Positions 1 to 21,200 of a stretch of 64,000 nt of DNA are shown piece after piece. The stretch lies in the NCBI GenBank assembly GCA_030141605.1, contig JAQGDQ010000012.1:496001-560000 (forward strand). Direction: 5' to 3'. Source of the stretch: Tubiluchus corallicola. Taxonomy: Eukaryota; Animalia; Priapulida. The stretch's first letter is position 1; every line of letters starts with the position of its first letter. The notes under the pieces are model-generated. The model saw only the letters and a program-made list of their open reading frames with translations, was not told the origin of the DNA and did not search any database. A program made the position numbers and the translations under genes.

Positions 1-380
1 CTGGCTGTCGTTTTGAGAAACGAATACAAAATTTATGACAGTGATTACTTTGTTACACATTGAGTAACATGAAGGCAGCCTCAAATACATTAATTATGTG
101 AACGGGCTGGAAGTATTAAGCAAGACCAAACGCGATCAAACACGGTACTTTCATTGGATTGAAGTTTCCAAATAAGTCACAACTGAAGTTAAATTATGTT
201 TTGGTCTTAGGAAAATTGCAACACTATACAACATAGTTGCAGCTGCTGAGCCAGTAACACCATCTCTGCAAAGGAGGAACTATAATATAGTTTCTATAGT
301 TCACAGCGAAGAGGACACCAGAACATAACTTAGTTTAGTCTAACTTGGTTCAGGCAAAGAAAGGAACAGACATCTCCTCT

Positions 381-394
381 GGGGGGGGGGGGGG
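381..394. repeat. poly-G homopolymer (14 nt), probably within the FoxK 3' UTR (poly-C on the mRNA)
   Basis: G14 run read directly, downstream of the FoxK stop. The UTR assignment is inferred. Confidence 0.85.
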
Positions 395-1873
395 CAAAGA
401 AAGCAATTACAAGTGCACAGTGTAAATTCCACAGGGCATATATTTTTCAACCAAGCTTAAGAATTACAGTGTAACACAACAGTATTGTCATATGCAGGAA
501 AGTCTTTCCACAAATCACAATTAAACTTGCAACTAATGACATTGCTTGAATTCATGAACACTAACAAATTTAATCTGAACAAGAAACACAACCAATACCA
601 AAGGTAAAACACGTTATTGTAGTTATATCAAACAATTACCTCTTTCAGTCACAATCAAAAGCAGCTGGACAAAATTCACAAATTTAAGTGCCACCAAACA
701 GTATCTACAAACACCATGTTTCTGTGTACATGTAGTTAAAAATCGTTTTTGAAACATTGTAAACAAGTGCATCACAGCTACTGCAGCACAAAATAGCTAC
801 ACAGGTAATATACAAAAGCATACTCATCATTCTAGCTATGTGCCAAATGACAAAGTCACAAACTCTTCAGGTTTGCAATCCTGAAACTATCACGCATTCT
901 GCATTCTGCAGCAGAGACAACTTTGGATAGTAAACTTCTGCAGTTTTCCCAAACTTCTCCCAAATTCAGTCAGAAGCACACTTAAGGGTGTTTGTGAGAA
1001 ACTGCGACAATCTATTGTCAGTAATTTGCAAATAACAATTACAACTGCAATTCAAAAACATGGTGAAGCATTGGGTTTAATTTACATATTGTATTTAATA
1101 TGGATTACTTTGCAGTACTTAAAATACAAAGAATACCAGGTAACCTCAATCAATATAACTAATATCATGTACATAGTGTATAAATTACCTTCACTCACTC
1201 AAATGCAAGCATTAAAATAAAAGAGAAATAGTTTTTGAAAATGACGATTAAAAAGTTCAAAAGGTCAATTCATGCAAAGCAAATTAGTTTTTTTGCTCAT
1301 CAAAAGAAATAACATCATAAACATGAATGGCAAATGTATGAAAAATATCAATTTGTTAAAAGTGAATATTTTATCATACTGCACTTCCTCCAATAACACA
1401 GCCAGCAAACTTTGGCTATGAAAGCCTTCAGTACATACACCTTCTAATAAAATCGAAATGCTAAGCAAAAAAGAATTTTTTCCAATCCATTTTTGCACCT
1501 AAAATTATTAGGTAAATAAGATGCTCTCACATTAATCATTGCATGCACAATCATGGTTAACATGGAAAGCATTTTGTGAGTGTAATTCTGACACTGCTGC
1601 CCAATATTATATTGACACCACCCATTTTTCTTGCAAATTAACGTGAAAATAACATCATCCTGATAATTATAAATATGTCAGAAACTTATCATTGGCTTAA
1701 TTGCAGCAAAACTCGCTTTTAAAGTTTATCAACCGAGAAAACATAAACTCAGCAATTTCTGCTATATTTCAAGATTAACAATGTCGCAGGCTAAGAAATT
1801 GTCGCCAAGTGAACTACAATATGGGTTTACAATGACAACAACTACAACAAAAATGAACAATTTTACAATAAAT

Positions 1874-9359
<7,486 letters not shown>

Positions 9360-9823
9360 TTACTGAAATTAATAATTATTTTCTAATAAAGTTAATTACA
9401 AATCAGCCGTACTTAGTGATAAAGTAAAGCGAAAAGACTAATATGCTGACTAATTTTTTATGAAAATTGTCCTGAACAAGGCAGTGGTAATTACATTACA
9501 AGTAGCTACAGCAGTAAAATGAAATTTTAATACGTGCAGATCGAATCAGAAACCTTATAACAATTTGATAGTGATTAGAAGTGTATTAACGTTCTTCTAG
9601 AAGCAGTTGGCTGGGTTTGTAGTTAACAAGGTAACAATTTCCACAGGTAAGAGGCCTGACAGAAGATTGGGTTAACTGAGTTGGCGACTCTTATTCTGCA
9701 CATAAAATGTCCAGGGTAAACTTATACGAGAAGCTCCAGGGATGTAAATAATTTTTTGTAGAAACTTCATTAAAATAGTCATTTACGAAACAAAAATTAA
9801 ATCTATACGTAAGTGTACTATAA

Positions 9824-9843
9824 TATATATATATATATATATA
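9824..9843. repeat. (TA)n microsatellite
   Basis: About 10 TA/AT units read directly. Confidence 0.85.
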
Positions 9844-10474
9844 AGCAGAAGACACATTAATTTATAATTGTGCAACCTATGCAATTAAACTACAATTATT
9901 AATGACAGAGCTTTAATTTTATTCTTGGAGATGAATCTCATGTTACTATAGCACCAAAGTATTATTCTAATGGACATTATAGAACCACAACAGCTACATA
10001 CTAACAATAAATTAATATGGCTACAAATCTATAGGTAAATGAGCAATCAGCATGTGGAATGACCTACTCATTGAAACAAAATAAGCAACTAGTAGTTCTA
10101 CTATTAAAACTTTTCTAAAAATAGTTACATGTATAACAGACCTGTCCGCGGAGGAGACAAAGTAAATAGCAATGCAGACTTCATTATGCCATCTAGCCTA
10201 TATAAAGACATTAAAAGTTTTTAACCACAATATGTTTTAATTGGTTTTAAAAAGTTGTGTAATATGTACATTGCATCATAATGGCTGTGATGCATGTGTG
10301 TGTTGTAGGTTTTAATTGATTTTAGTTTGTGATGTTATTATGCGTATTAGATTTGTGTTGAAATGTATATTTTTGATGTCAATGTATCATTTGAATTTGT
10401 ATTACATTATTGCATGTAACATTTGTTTGATGTTTGTAAAAGGTGTATTAAAATGTTTGGATTTAATGTCACTC

Positions 10475-10667
10475 CTCGGGTTATTAAATCGTTTCTCCGA
10501 GTTACTAAGTTGTTCCCAGAAGTTACTAACTCGTTCCTATGAGCTATCAATACGTTCTCCAGAGATACTAAGTCGTTCCCCCGGGTTACTAACTCGCTTC
10601 CCTCCCCAAGTTATTAAGTCATTCCTCCGAGTTACTAACTCGTACCCCTGAGTTATTAAATCGTTAC
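10475..10667. repeat. Degenerate 21-bp minisatellite, about 9 units (consensus close to CCGAGTTACTAAGTCGTTCCC)
   Basis: Successive units such as tccgagttactaagttgttcc, cagaagttactaactcgttcc and ccagagatactaagtcgttcc. Explains the 7-aa periodicity of the spurious ORFs here. Confidence 0.85.
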
Positions 10668-11359
10668 AGAGCCAAAAATTCAGACAATTTTTCATTGCAT
10701 TAATAAACAATGGAAATTGACCTAATTCACCTCTTACAGCATTTCTAACTGTTTTAGAACCAACACTCACACGACACACGATTTTTAAATTAACACTCAC
10801 ATTTCAAAATATCAATCATAACATGATCTCAAGAATATGGTAACCATGTATCTGAAGGATACATATAATTATGTACGTTTGACAACAGCATCGCAAATTT
10901 TGTTTGATGCCCCTGGTTTAAAGGAAGTGTAATTTTCGTATTATTTTCGTTGCCAGATGGCAGCACCGTGCAGAATTCGGCTTAAAGAGCTCAATACGTG
11001 TACAACAGTTGGGCATATTTATAACCTATACTCCACATTAATAATAAAGATCCCGCAAAAGCTTTTCCATGCGGTAAAAGTTTAGATATTGTAAACGCTG
11101 AAAAACGCTTATCGAGGTAAATGTTGTGGGGATCGCTGACGTCAAGCAGAATTGTATAGAACATCGTAGAATGTTCCGTCGGAATGACCGCCTTACTGTC
11201 TGGATTGTTCTCGAACATTTGTTCCAGAAGTTTCTGCAGTGCGCTATATAAGGCGAAGCAGGCTGCTGACACGGGATCGCACATCGCACACAGATCTAAC
11301 ACGGACTTATACTTGTATACTTACCTTTTCAGATATACTTAAACGTTTTCCAGATTTTC

Positions 11360-12537
11360 ACAGAGCAGATGGGCGAACATCAAGCTCCTCTGCCAGCAGA
11401 TGGATCAGCAGGCGCAGCAACCCAAAGAAGATATGGAGCGGCAGGCACAGCAACACAGAGAGATGGACGCTATGAGGAAACTGCTTCAGACTAGAACTCT
11501 TGAAGAGAATTCAGCTCAAGCGCCCACCTTCCACCTGCATCAACACTTACAGCTGCCATTCCACCATTTGCTGCTTTTGATCCACTTTCTGAACTGTGGC
11601 CTGACTACTAGTCAAGATTTTGTATCTTCATGGCAGCCAACGCAGTGCCTGACCAACGCCAGGCTCAAGTTTTCCAAACAAATCAGACTGCATGTGTTTA
11701 CAAACAACTGGCAAATCTAGGGACACAACAGTCTCCACCCAAGGATCTCAAAGAACTGACAATTGATGAAATTGTCGACTTTATGAAGGAACAGTTTGAC
11801 CCGAATCGTTTCATACTGCGTGAACGTTTTAAGTTCTGGAGTAACATGCAAAGGAAGCCAGGCGAAACTCCCCATGAGTTAGCAGCCCGCATTCGCCAAG
11901 ACGCTGCTACATGTGACTTTCCTTCAATCCGAAACCCACTAGATGAAGCTCTGAGACAGAGGTTCATATGCTCCATCAATAACGAAGCTGTTTTGAAGGC
12001 TATCTTCAAAATCAAGGATGAAGAGCTGACTTTTGCCCATGCTATCCAAATTGCTGCCAAGACTGAAGACGCGGCAACGGCAGTCAAGGAAACTGTTTAC
12101 GGTCCCAAGCCCAGGCCCGTCAACAAAGTCAAGACGAACCAAAACAAGGGTCAACGTAAGAACCAGCAACAGTCACATTCCACAGACACGGATACAAGTG
12201 CTACTGTTGTGGAAAGGCCCACAAAGTGACTGACTGTCCATACAAAGATGCCAAGTGCCATTTCTGCAACAAGAAAGAACATTTGGAGGCTGTCTGCATG
12301 AAGAAGCAACGACAGCAACAGGACCAAAAATCTGGGAAATCCGTGGGGAGAATCGGGAAAGATGAGCTTGTCAAGGCGATCCTTGTAGAAGTTCCCGACG
12401 ACTCTCCTAGATTGGATGTCAAAGTCAACATCCAAGACCAACAGTTCGCAATGGAACTTGACACTGCAACATCCGGAAATTTTATTTCAGTGCCGGTCTG
12501 GAAGCAACTGGGCAAGCCAAAGCCCAACTCCAACTAA
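11360..12537 (+). mobile_element. Decayed Ty3/gypsy (Mag-like) LTR retrotransposon gag and partial aspartic protease
   Basis: Gag motifs PFAAFDPLSELWPDY*SRF, RERFKFWSNMQRKPGET..ELAARIRQDAATCDF and LRQRFICSINNE. Tandem zinc knuckles CYCCGKAHKVTDC and CHFCNKKEHLEAVC. Protease-like MELDTATSGNFIS. In-frame TAG at 11609-11611, frameshifts near 11520 and 12190, and truncation at 12537. No RT or integrase seen. Confidence 0.88.
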
Positions 12538-13084
12538 TGATTTTGATGTGTCTATAAATGCTACATGGACAAGACTATGTATTTTTCTGAAAAGGGTGAT
12601 CGTTTCTTTAATTAGTGTAGCAGGTTTACGTCCACTCTCATTTTTGAAGCCAAATTTCGGCTTCCCACTTTCAAGACTCTGTCAAAATTTGAGCAAGAAT
12701 GTTCTACAAAGTGTGATATCTGCTACGTTTTCGATTATCTGCTACGTACGCTCACTGTTCGAATGAGCACTGTTGTTCTGATCACGAAAAGCCAATATCT
12801 ATCTGATGATCGATTATTTGCTTCTTCAAAACCAGTGACAAAACAGTACTAGCATTTTCTGCCAAAATCGGAAACTACTTAATTGTAAGTTTTGGAACAT
12901 CCCTAGGAGTGAGAGTGGTAACTAGTCACTCAGTCACGTGAACCTTCAAGGTCTCGTTCCATCTATCTATGCACTGAATCATTAACATTTGTTAGAGTGT
13001 TTCACACACTCCCAGCTTTCTGCAAATAGTAGCATAAGTTATTTTACTCCAAAAGCCAGATTTGGTTAAAATTTTGAACATCTT

Positions 13085-13400
13085 TATTTATCTTAGCTAT
13101 CCAAGTTGTTTTTGGTTTGCCAGGTGGTTTTTTTCCAAAGTTTTAAGGCTTCCTTTAAGGCATTTCTTACTAGTATTTCACTTCGTGTTCTAGCCATCCT
13201 GATCCTCGGAACTTGAATTTTAAACTCCAAGGAACTTCTTTCGTTCTAGTATATAAAACTTCATTTTTATTATGCACGGCTATATTATTAACGAAACGTG
13301 TCAATCTGCGCTCAAGCTGCTTCAGAAGACGGAAAATCGATGGTCTGTGATTGTTGATCAAGGAAGAACGTGGTATTTCAAAGATTTCTGATATTTCCAT
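13085..13400 (-). mobile_element. Degenerate RTE-like LINE 3' fragment
   Basis: The minus strand gives fragments of an RT C-terminus (NKNEVLYTRTK..., GKKPPGKPKTTW), similar to the fragment at about 38.0-38.3 kb. Contains stops and frameshifts. Confidence 0.55.
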
Positions 13401-14239
13401 TCACGTTTACGCTTTTACGGCTCATAATCTCATTAACCGTCATTTGCAACAACAAAAGCGAACTAAGTAAAGGCTCTTGAAACGACATAAAAAGCTGAGA
13501 GGGGGCCAGCTATTGACGTATGTAGATAGACTTATTGCAAAAAGTTTTAGCAAATACAACTTTAGATTTGAGGGATGCTGCGTCATGTGCGGTAGCGGTG
13601 GAGAGCAGTGCCTGACATTAACAGGTGCAGCGTGCCATGTTTTAGAACATATAAGCATGTAAGTGACGAAGATGCAGCCACACATTTGAGAAATTTCAAT
13701 CTGAAGATAAACGGCACCAAAACAGAAGAATACACAATACCCGTGTGGTACTGGTAGTAATGTTTGGAAAAATGCAAATGTTTGAGATATTCGCTACTAG
13801 TACTACTAGTACTAGGAATTGAAGCTGACATAGCACAAACACTCAAGAAAATATTAGCCTTGGATGCATATTCTAAGTTTGCAAACATCTTTGAAAGGCC
13901 GAGCGCACGAAAAGTTTGTCGTCACCTGTAGAACTTGTATTTTTGTATAATTTTGAGATTTGGTTAGTTAAAGTTGCCTGGAGCGTGTAGCCAGGTTCTA
14001 AAGTTTAGGGGAGCAACCACATAAAAAAGACACTGTGACACATACCAAATAATTTTTAGTGCGCTGATTATACGATTTAAAGTCAAGATACATTTTTAAA
14101 GTAAGTACATAAATAAAGTAATGACTACTGAAAATACTTTTAAAACCATGCGATTAAAAAAATAAAAAAGTACTCGACCTTTATCGTACCAATGAACTAA
14201 AGAATTAAACACATTTTGAAAAGGCTCCAGCTCGGTGGA

Positions 14240-14305
14240 GGTCACACAGAAGCATCAGCTTAGATGGATTGGACATGTCATAAGATTACCACACGATTCT
14301 CCTTG
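14240..14305 (+). mobile_element. Short RTE-like LINE fragment
   Basis: Translates as QLRWIGHVIRLPHDSP from 14256, matching the RLRWxGHV motif at the C-terminus of RTE-type reverse transcriptases. Confidence 0.55.
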
Positions 14306-17300
14306 TATTTCTATTGGGTTGCCAGGTACTGAGTAACTGCCCGCATTGTTTGTTATCCATACCTAATATTTCCAGAGCAGTTGCAGAGCAGCAGCTATGT
14401 TTACATGAAATTAACACTACAAGTAGCCAGAAAACGACTTTTCATTTTAAACAGAATATAGAGAGCGAAGTTTCAAAGCACTACAAAATACGGAGACATA
14501 AGTATAATAAAGAAACCAAGCTAGTTAGACTTGCTTTAAAATAAATGAGCAATAAAAAATATCAAGTCTCTTCTGCCTATAAACATTCGAACATCATGCC
14601 TGCAGTGTATTTTTTCTATATTTAACTGATCATATTCTCATCTGCGAGATTTATCCAGTTTTGGTATTTTTCCTTTTTATTAGGCTACGGAAATGGAATA
14701 AATTTGATTGTTCCATTCCATAGACAACCCTTATATCGACTGCCCAAGTTACATAAGTCCCAAACGACATCTTTTAACCATGATTATAACCAGAAAAATA
14801 GTGCAAAATTAACTAATATTACATTGATGTATAATATAAGTTTTGACCACATTTAAATTAATTTTGACTGTGATGATCTCATTGAGGATTATAAAAACTG
14901 GCCAGAAAAGAATACATTTTATCTGAAAAATTGTGAAAAGATTTTGCCTAAATAAGGCGTTTCTATGAGTGTGCTGGCTTACTCATAATCATGACAGTTG
15001 TCACGGATTCTCTCATGAGTTCAGCTCTGCGGCTCGGCCTCAACTATTGCTGACCAAGGCCGACTAGCTTATTTGCTACAACCTGCGCATACCTACTTAA
15101 GAGGTGTGCAGGCTAGAACTTTTACATGCAGGTTAATCTTTAAACATTTATACTTTCCAACTTGGGCTTCAATGATCTGAAGTTATAAATTTCTTCTCAA
15201 CTTTGTTCAGGTAGTCCATTTGGCATTTGCGAACATTTAACCAGCGTCATATGATCAGCCTAACCTCGTTAGGTTAATTTGTCTTTTTTGAAGTAAATCA
15301 AATAGTTATTTTTATCTAACTTGCAAAGCCATAGACTAAACTAAACTTTACTCATCAGCAACTCATAAACGTCAACATTGTGCATTTCTTCCTATAAATG
15401 AAACTAGACTATATATTTCCACTAATTCACTTGCAATTTCAATTGACAATAATAAACCAAGCCAATATTTCTCCCTGCTAGCTAATGAAAAGTCGAGCAG
15501 TTTTCATAACAGTATTAGACTCAGCTGTAGCTAAATGTCCTGAACGTACCTGCATTAAGTAAGCTCTGTAGGGGTGTAAAATATCTTACACACTGATTGG
15601 GCAGTCAACGAAAATGACTGACATTATGCTAGACATTAATTTCACACAGATTTGCACCAAAAGCTTAAAAGACATGTGACAAAAGAGTCTCGAGTTTGTC
15701 GTTAAGTAGAATGGAGACAGTGCAAGACACTATGTGGGAAGTGCATGCACCATTAATTGTTGGATATGTACATTATTCATTAATAGCCCGGCGATCAACT
15801 GACCTATGTCTTGGGTGCTAGAAATCACTGTATGGGTTCTGTTAGATCCGTAATGATCGCGCATAAAAATTATACCAAGTTCCTGTTTTTTCCATTACTC
15901 CACAAGAAACTTTGTTTTGGCGCTGCTTAAGCCCATGTAGTGCATTACAGCGCTACTTAGTATCCATTTTAGAAGACGATCACTAGATGTCTATTATAGC
16001 AATTGCTAATTAAATGAACTTGCAGGCAACACGATTTGAAACTTATAATGGAGATCCCAAAGATAGTTAATCTTACCTTTAATTTATAATATATCTACAT
16101 TAAGATTATGGCAGGATCTGTCAGTCATTTAGACTTAATCACAGTTGTACGAAATTTTATTTAGAACTCACAAAGTGCATGCACATGCTCACGATGGGAA
16201 TAGTGGCATCTATTATAAATTACTTATGTGTGTAAGAGATAGTTAATAATCAGTTATGTTTGTTTGAGTTGATGCTATAGAAAAGGAGCTTTAGTTTGAA
16301 ATAAGGGTCTTTTGTACATGTAATTAGTATCGAAATGTGATGCTTTCAGGGTGATTAAAGCTTGTGTCCTGCTTTTTAATCATAATCTATAATCATTTGT
16401 AGTAATTTACAATTATGTTAAAATATATTGTATGCACACACCTTTTCTTTGGTGCTTTGTTTGATGCTCATTCCAGAGCTTCAACTAAAGTTGCATATTA
16501 CAAATCTTGAAAGTACAGCAAACAACATTGATTCTTATTCCCTAGTATGATACTTATAAAGTAAGATTCAATATTAGATAAGCGGCTCCAGTAGGTGTGT
16601 ATCCACAACTACCCAGCTCACCAATGATGATGCCTTGGGGCAAAAAGTAACACTAGCCAAATTTTAATATGTACAGCATTCTAGGCCTACCTCGGCCTAT
16701 TATAGCCCTTCCTAGGTCCACTGCAATATGTAAAAACCCATCCTGTAACTTGATAATAAATTTATCGGTTTGACCATGTCTATCTTTCTCGCTTTGCATG
16801 TTACAAAAGCAAAGTATGATAACTAGTTCATTCTTTATACAGAAACATAACTTGAAAGAGCAAGATAATGGATGATTTTCTACAAATTCAGCACAATTTG
16901 ATGGTGATGAGGAAAAGGGTTACATGCTTGTCTGTTGAACTCTCATTGATCTTGCGGCATCTACGGTAAGTTTTCCTAACTGGAAAATTGTTAGGGAGCA
17001 TTTATTAAGGGCATAAGTAATCAGCCATACAGATGTTTGAAGCTAGTGTTCAAGCAATTTGACATTTTAAATGGTTTACACTTTACATTGTAATAATAGT
17101 CCCATTGTATTTCACCTGATTCATATTTACTCATTTAGTAATACTTCTATAATAACTGTGACACTGTCTTGCTGCTATATTTAATCTGCACTGAAAGCTC
17201 CCCCTGTGGGGTTCAAGGGTTACATTAGGGCAAAGACCATTAGGACAATCACATCAGTTGATTACAGCTAATAGTGCCCCTAACTTTATATTACTATGTG

Positions 17301-17584
17301 GTAAAATGAATTAACTCATTATTCTTGTGTACAATTTCTCAAGAAACGTTTTTCTTTTTTCTTGAAAAGTTTCAAGAATAACAAAGGGGTAGCAGCAGCT
17401 CAGTACAATAAACTACTTCTGCCCATTGTTATTGTCTGCATTTCAGTTTTGCTGACTGAAACACAGAAATTGCGCTACTAACATGTGTTACTGATAGGCT
17501 TATAGCTAATTAAAATATGAGAAAACTAAATGTGCAAATGGTGAGACATTGTTGTTTCTTTAGGTGCAGAGTCTGTAATTTTAG

Positions 17585-17616
17585 GTGCCGGGTCTGCAAC
17601 CTAACAGACCCGGCAC
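17585..17616. repeat. Perfect 12-bp GC-rich hairpin, probably the subterminal palindrome of a decayed DNA element
   Basis: GTGCCGGGTCTG-caacctaa-CAGACCCGGCAC read directly. The transposon origin is inferred. Confidence 0.6.
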
Positions 17617-18235
17617 ACTTTAATAAGCACTGCCTATCACATATAGTCACTTTACATACCTTGTAACCTTTACTTGGTTCTTGAATAGCTGTGTTAGCTC
17701 TATTCAACGAAAAAATAAATTGCAGATGAAAAGTAAAGTATGCTTATATTTGCATTATTTTAATAGATTAGATTATTTTACTTCCTGATGCACAATAAAT
17801 ATAAATAAATATGATGCTTATACATCAACAGAAAATATTATTGCTGTTTGGAGAAACGGTACCCATAAACGCAAATAGGTTACTGAATCAGCTACCCTTC
17901 TTAAAACTAACAGTCTCTAGCTGCAGTTACATGTACATTTAAAAAAAGAAAATTTAAGATTAGTTTAGTGTATACTATAATAATAAATAGTTGGAGAAGT
18001 TACATTATCATTATATTTTCAATTTTCTCTTTGCATAATGAAACTATAGTTCCAGAGGTAATTAATGTTAATCATCTTTAATTAATTTTACTCATTTGAT
18101 GGTCATATTTTGTCGTTACAACATCACAGTCACATCAGCAATTTTCTAAGTACTGAAGAAATACTCTAATTGACAAAATTTTGAAATTTTAGTTAGCAGT
18201 TTTCTTGCAACTACTGGACTTGTGGCTATCTGCTG

Positions 18236-21200
18236 TCATTTTCTTATAATCTCCTGGCTGTCAAATGCTGCATTCACATTGCTCTGTTTTTTGTCATCTT
18301 GTTTAACAGGGGTTTGTACATTTTCCACTTTCTTGTCCTCTAGCTCTAGTGGTTCTTCGACAATGTATTTTTTGCCAAAGAATTTATGCATCACAAACCA
18401 GTATATATGCCATATTCCTGTAAGTGCTGTCAGCTGTACTATTTGCAGAATTCCTGCAGTAAGTGGATAGGCAATTATGGTCCATTGGGTGTCCAGTGGA
18501 AACGTTTGAATAATTAACGTCAAACACAGTCCTACATGTTGCGTTCCAGTTTCTATGGCAATTGTACGGCAAGTTTTATGAGTCTGACGAAGGATCATGG
18601 CAAATACGTAACCGAGTACCCAACCAACTGGATTCTGGAGCGCCGCTGCAATGTAAAGGCCAACTGGTGATTCCCAAATCCATGATGGCCTCATCCGCCA
18701 TCTCATTCCTACTAAGCAGTAGATAATAAGTATGCTAAGCACACTTGATATCTGTTAAAAAGAAAAGTTAATGTGAAATTAACTATTTCGTAACTTTTTC
18801 AGATTCGGAAGTAGCAAGTTAATTTAAAGGATTAACAAAAAAATGGACCATCATGGCTTCTGTTTTTAAACTGTAATTCAGTAAAACACAAGTAAAGTAA
18901 AACACTGGAAATGTTTATGTGAATGTAGCAGACAGGACAGGTTAATTACGTATCTTTATTGAGATCCGAAATTGGAACAAAGATACAGAACTATGGTGCA
19001 CTGTAGGTTTCAGTAACAGAGGACCACCCACATCTGATCATGATGAGCAATTTTTTTTCATTTTTTGTGTCAAATTTTTAAACATTTATGTGATTACAGA
19101 GTCTTAAGTTTAATTAACACTCCGACATTGTAGACTTGTAGTCTCCATTTGAAATATTATATGAAATGTGTGGCTGTGTCTATCAGTCTGAGTAATATTG
19201 TGCTGTAATTTTTTGTAATCTATTTCAAAACAACAATAAAAACAATAAAGTATGTAACACCTGGACTGCTTATAATGTAATCCAATACACTAGATACTAT
19301 CAATTACATAATACAGGGAATAATGACTTTATTGCATTACATAATGTTAACATAGTATTTTAATAGCTAGTTTCAAAGATCGGATTAACATGTTTACAAG
19401 TCGGTTTGAGTTAAAAGAAATTTTGGAGTAATTTTACTACATTGCATTCATAAGTTAGGTGCTCAAAGTACATTGTTAAGTGCGAGCTAAATAGTAAAAT
19501 TTATAACTCTGCTTGACAACAGCTCATCAACTACCACAAAGACTTGCATTCAGATTTTTCGTTCTTTAAAATGCACGTGTACAATTAATAACTAAGATTA
19601 TATGATGTGATTGTTACTAGCAGGATTTATCTCAGCACATTAGAAAACATCTTCAGAAATTTTATTTTTATTTTATGAAGTATTTTGTGTTTCTATTTGG
19701 CAAAGGCAGAGAGTTAAGTGTCACATATTTGTCGTCAAGCATTTTCCTGATGTTTATATACTAAATATGTACTTCATAAAGTATGATGCAGACAATCTTT
19801 GTTTAACTTTTTTATTATAAAAGACAAATTACCATACTTACATTAGTTATCATTTTGGCATTTTGGGGTCGCTTCCATCGAACTATCATACCCAGTCCAA
19901 GAGGAACGAGAGTCATTGCTAAACCAATGATGATTTGTATATAAGGCACAGCTATTGTCAGCGTAGTCCAGCTGCGGCTGTAGATATACAAGTTCAGAGG
20001 CATCATGCCCAGTGCTGCTACTGTAGACACAATTGTCATCACTATGCTAAAAGCAATTGACATTACTCATTACTTAAGTGCAAGAACATTTTTCGTATCA
20101 ACTGCAGTTACGAGGACCAACACAAACTTGCATAAATGTGTGAAATTCACGGGCTTTACTAGTAAGAGAGTGCTTTGTGTAACATCACACTACATCAAGC
20201 TGGGCTGTGGATTCGGTCTCAAAAGCCTACTGACTCTGACTTCCGGAGTTCTTAAAATTATGACTCCGACACCAGCTTCTAACTTTAAGTATAGCATTTT
20301 ACTAACCATACCCAACCAATTCTGGTTGCTTTTAAATTAGGAACTTTAGGTAAAGGTAATATGGTATTTATGTTTATTATTTGTTTAAGGCAGAAGTATT
20401 TTAATTAACTATATTAAAAAAACTGAAAGTAAAGTATAAAAACTTCAAAACGGTCAACTGCAATAGCTGGTAATCATTAGTGGATGTTTTTTGTTATAAG
20501 CAATGAAGATTTTTATAGGCCAAACTGCCTATAGTAAGTGTATGTATGATTAGAAGACATATGGTGCTCAAGGTGTATATAAGTAGATAGCAGGTGTTTC
20601 GACAAAAAAGGTACATTTTTGAAAACAATAACAAGGGGATTAAGCTACTCTGCACATTGAGGGAGGATTTATTATTGTGCATTGATAGGCTTTCTTTAAT
20701 TAAGAGATCACAGTATCATTGCAAGCTTTAGTAACAATACTGAAATTAGCAGTATATCCAGAGGGAGAAATATGGTCATAAATGCTAGAAAGAGGCAGAT
20801 TTTTAATTTCTGATAAAACACCTAAATGTTCTTATATCCTTATTTTGAAATGTCTGGTACAGTTTGCTAAGCAGCATTGCAGCTGGAATGTAATAAAACT
20901 GTAATAAGGTATAGGTATGTTATCTTTAAATGAAAAGAAAGAACTTTTGAAAAGGGATTTATGTTGTGACATAGTATTGTCGTTGGGTTTGGTAAGGAAT
21001 GGTGTAATACAACATGTTATATACGCAGCACTGCAATACAATTATTGTTGTACTTTTGTAACTTTTAAGTTACCTGAGTGTAACATCTCCATTTGTCCAG
21101 TATGTGAATATGTTAGAAATAGCACCACCTGGACACGTTGCGAGCAAAAGTACTCCTAGAGCATATGTTGACTCGATGTGCAGCAAGTGCGCCACTCCAA

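Noticed and set aside
10475-10667. Possible CRISPR-like array
   Set aside because: The units are adjacent and degenerate with no unique spacers, there are no cas genes, and the context is eukaryotic.
10316-10800. ORFs of 111 and 87 aa with 7-aa periodicity
   Set aside because: Produced by the 21-bp minisatellite and flanking TG-rich low-complexity sequence; no splice or homology support.
10860-11355. Possible 5' LTR and primer-binding site of the gypsy element
   Set aside because: No TG...CA-bounded repeat with a second copy and no clear tRNA PBS before gag. The 103-aa minus ORF has no recognisable motif.
14600-17500. Long gene-free interval searched for ncRNA or tRNA genes
   Set aside because: No cloverleaf or recognisable structured RNA is visible by eye, only short SINE- or MITE-like fragments. 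A covariance-model scan would be needed.
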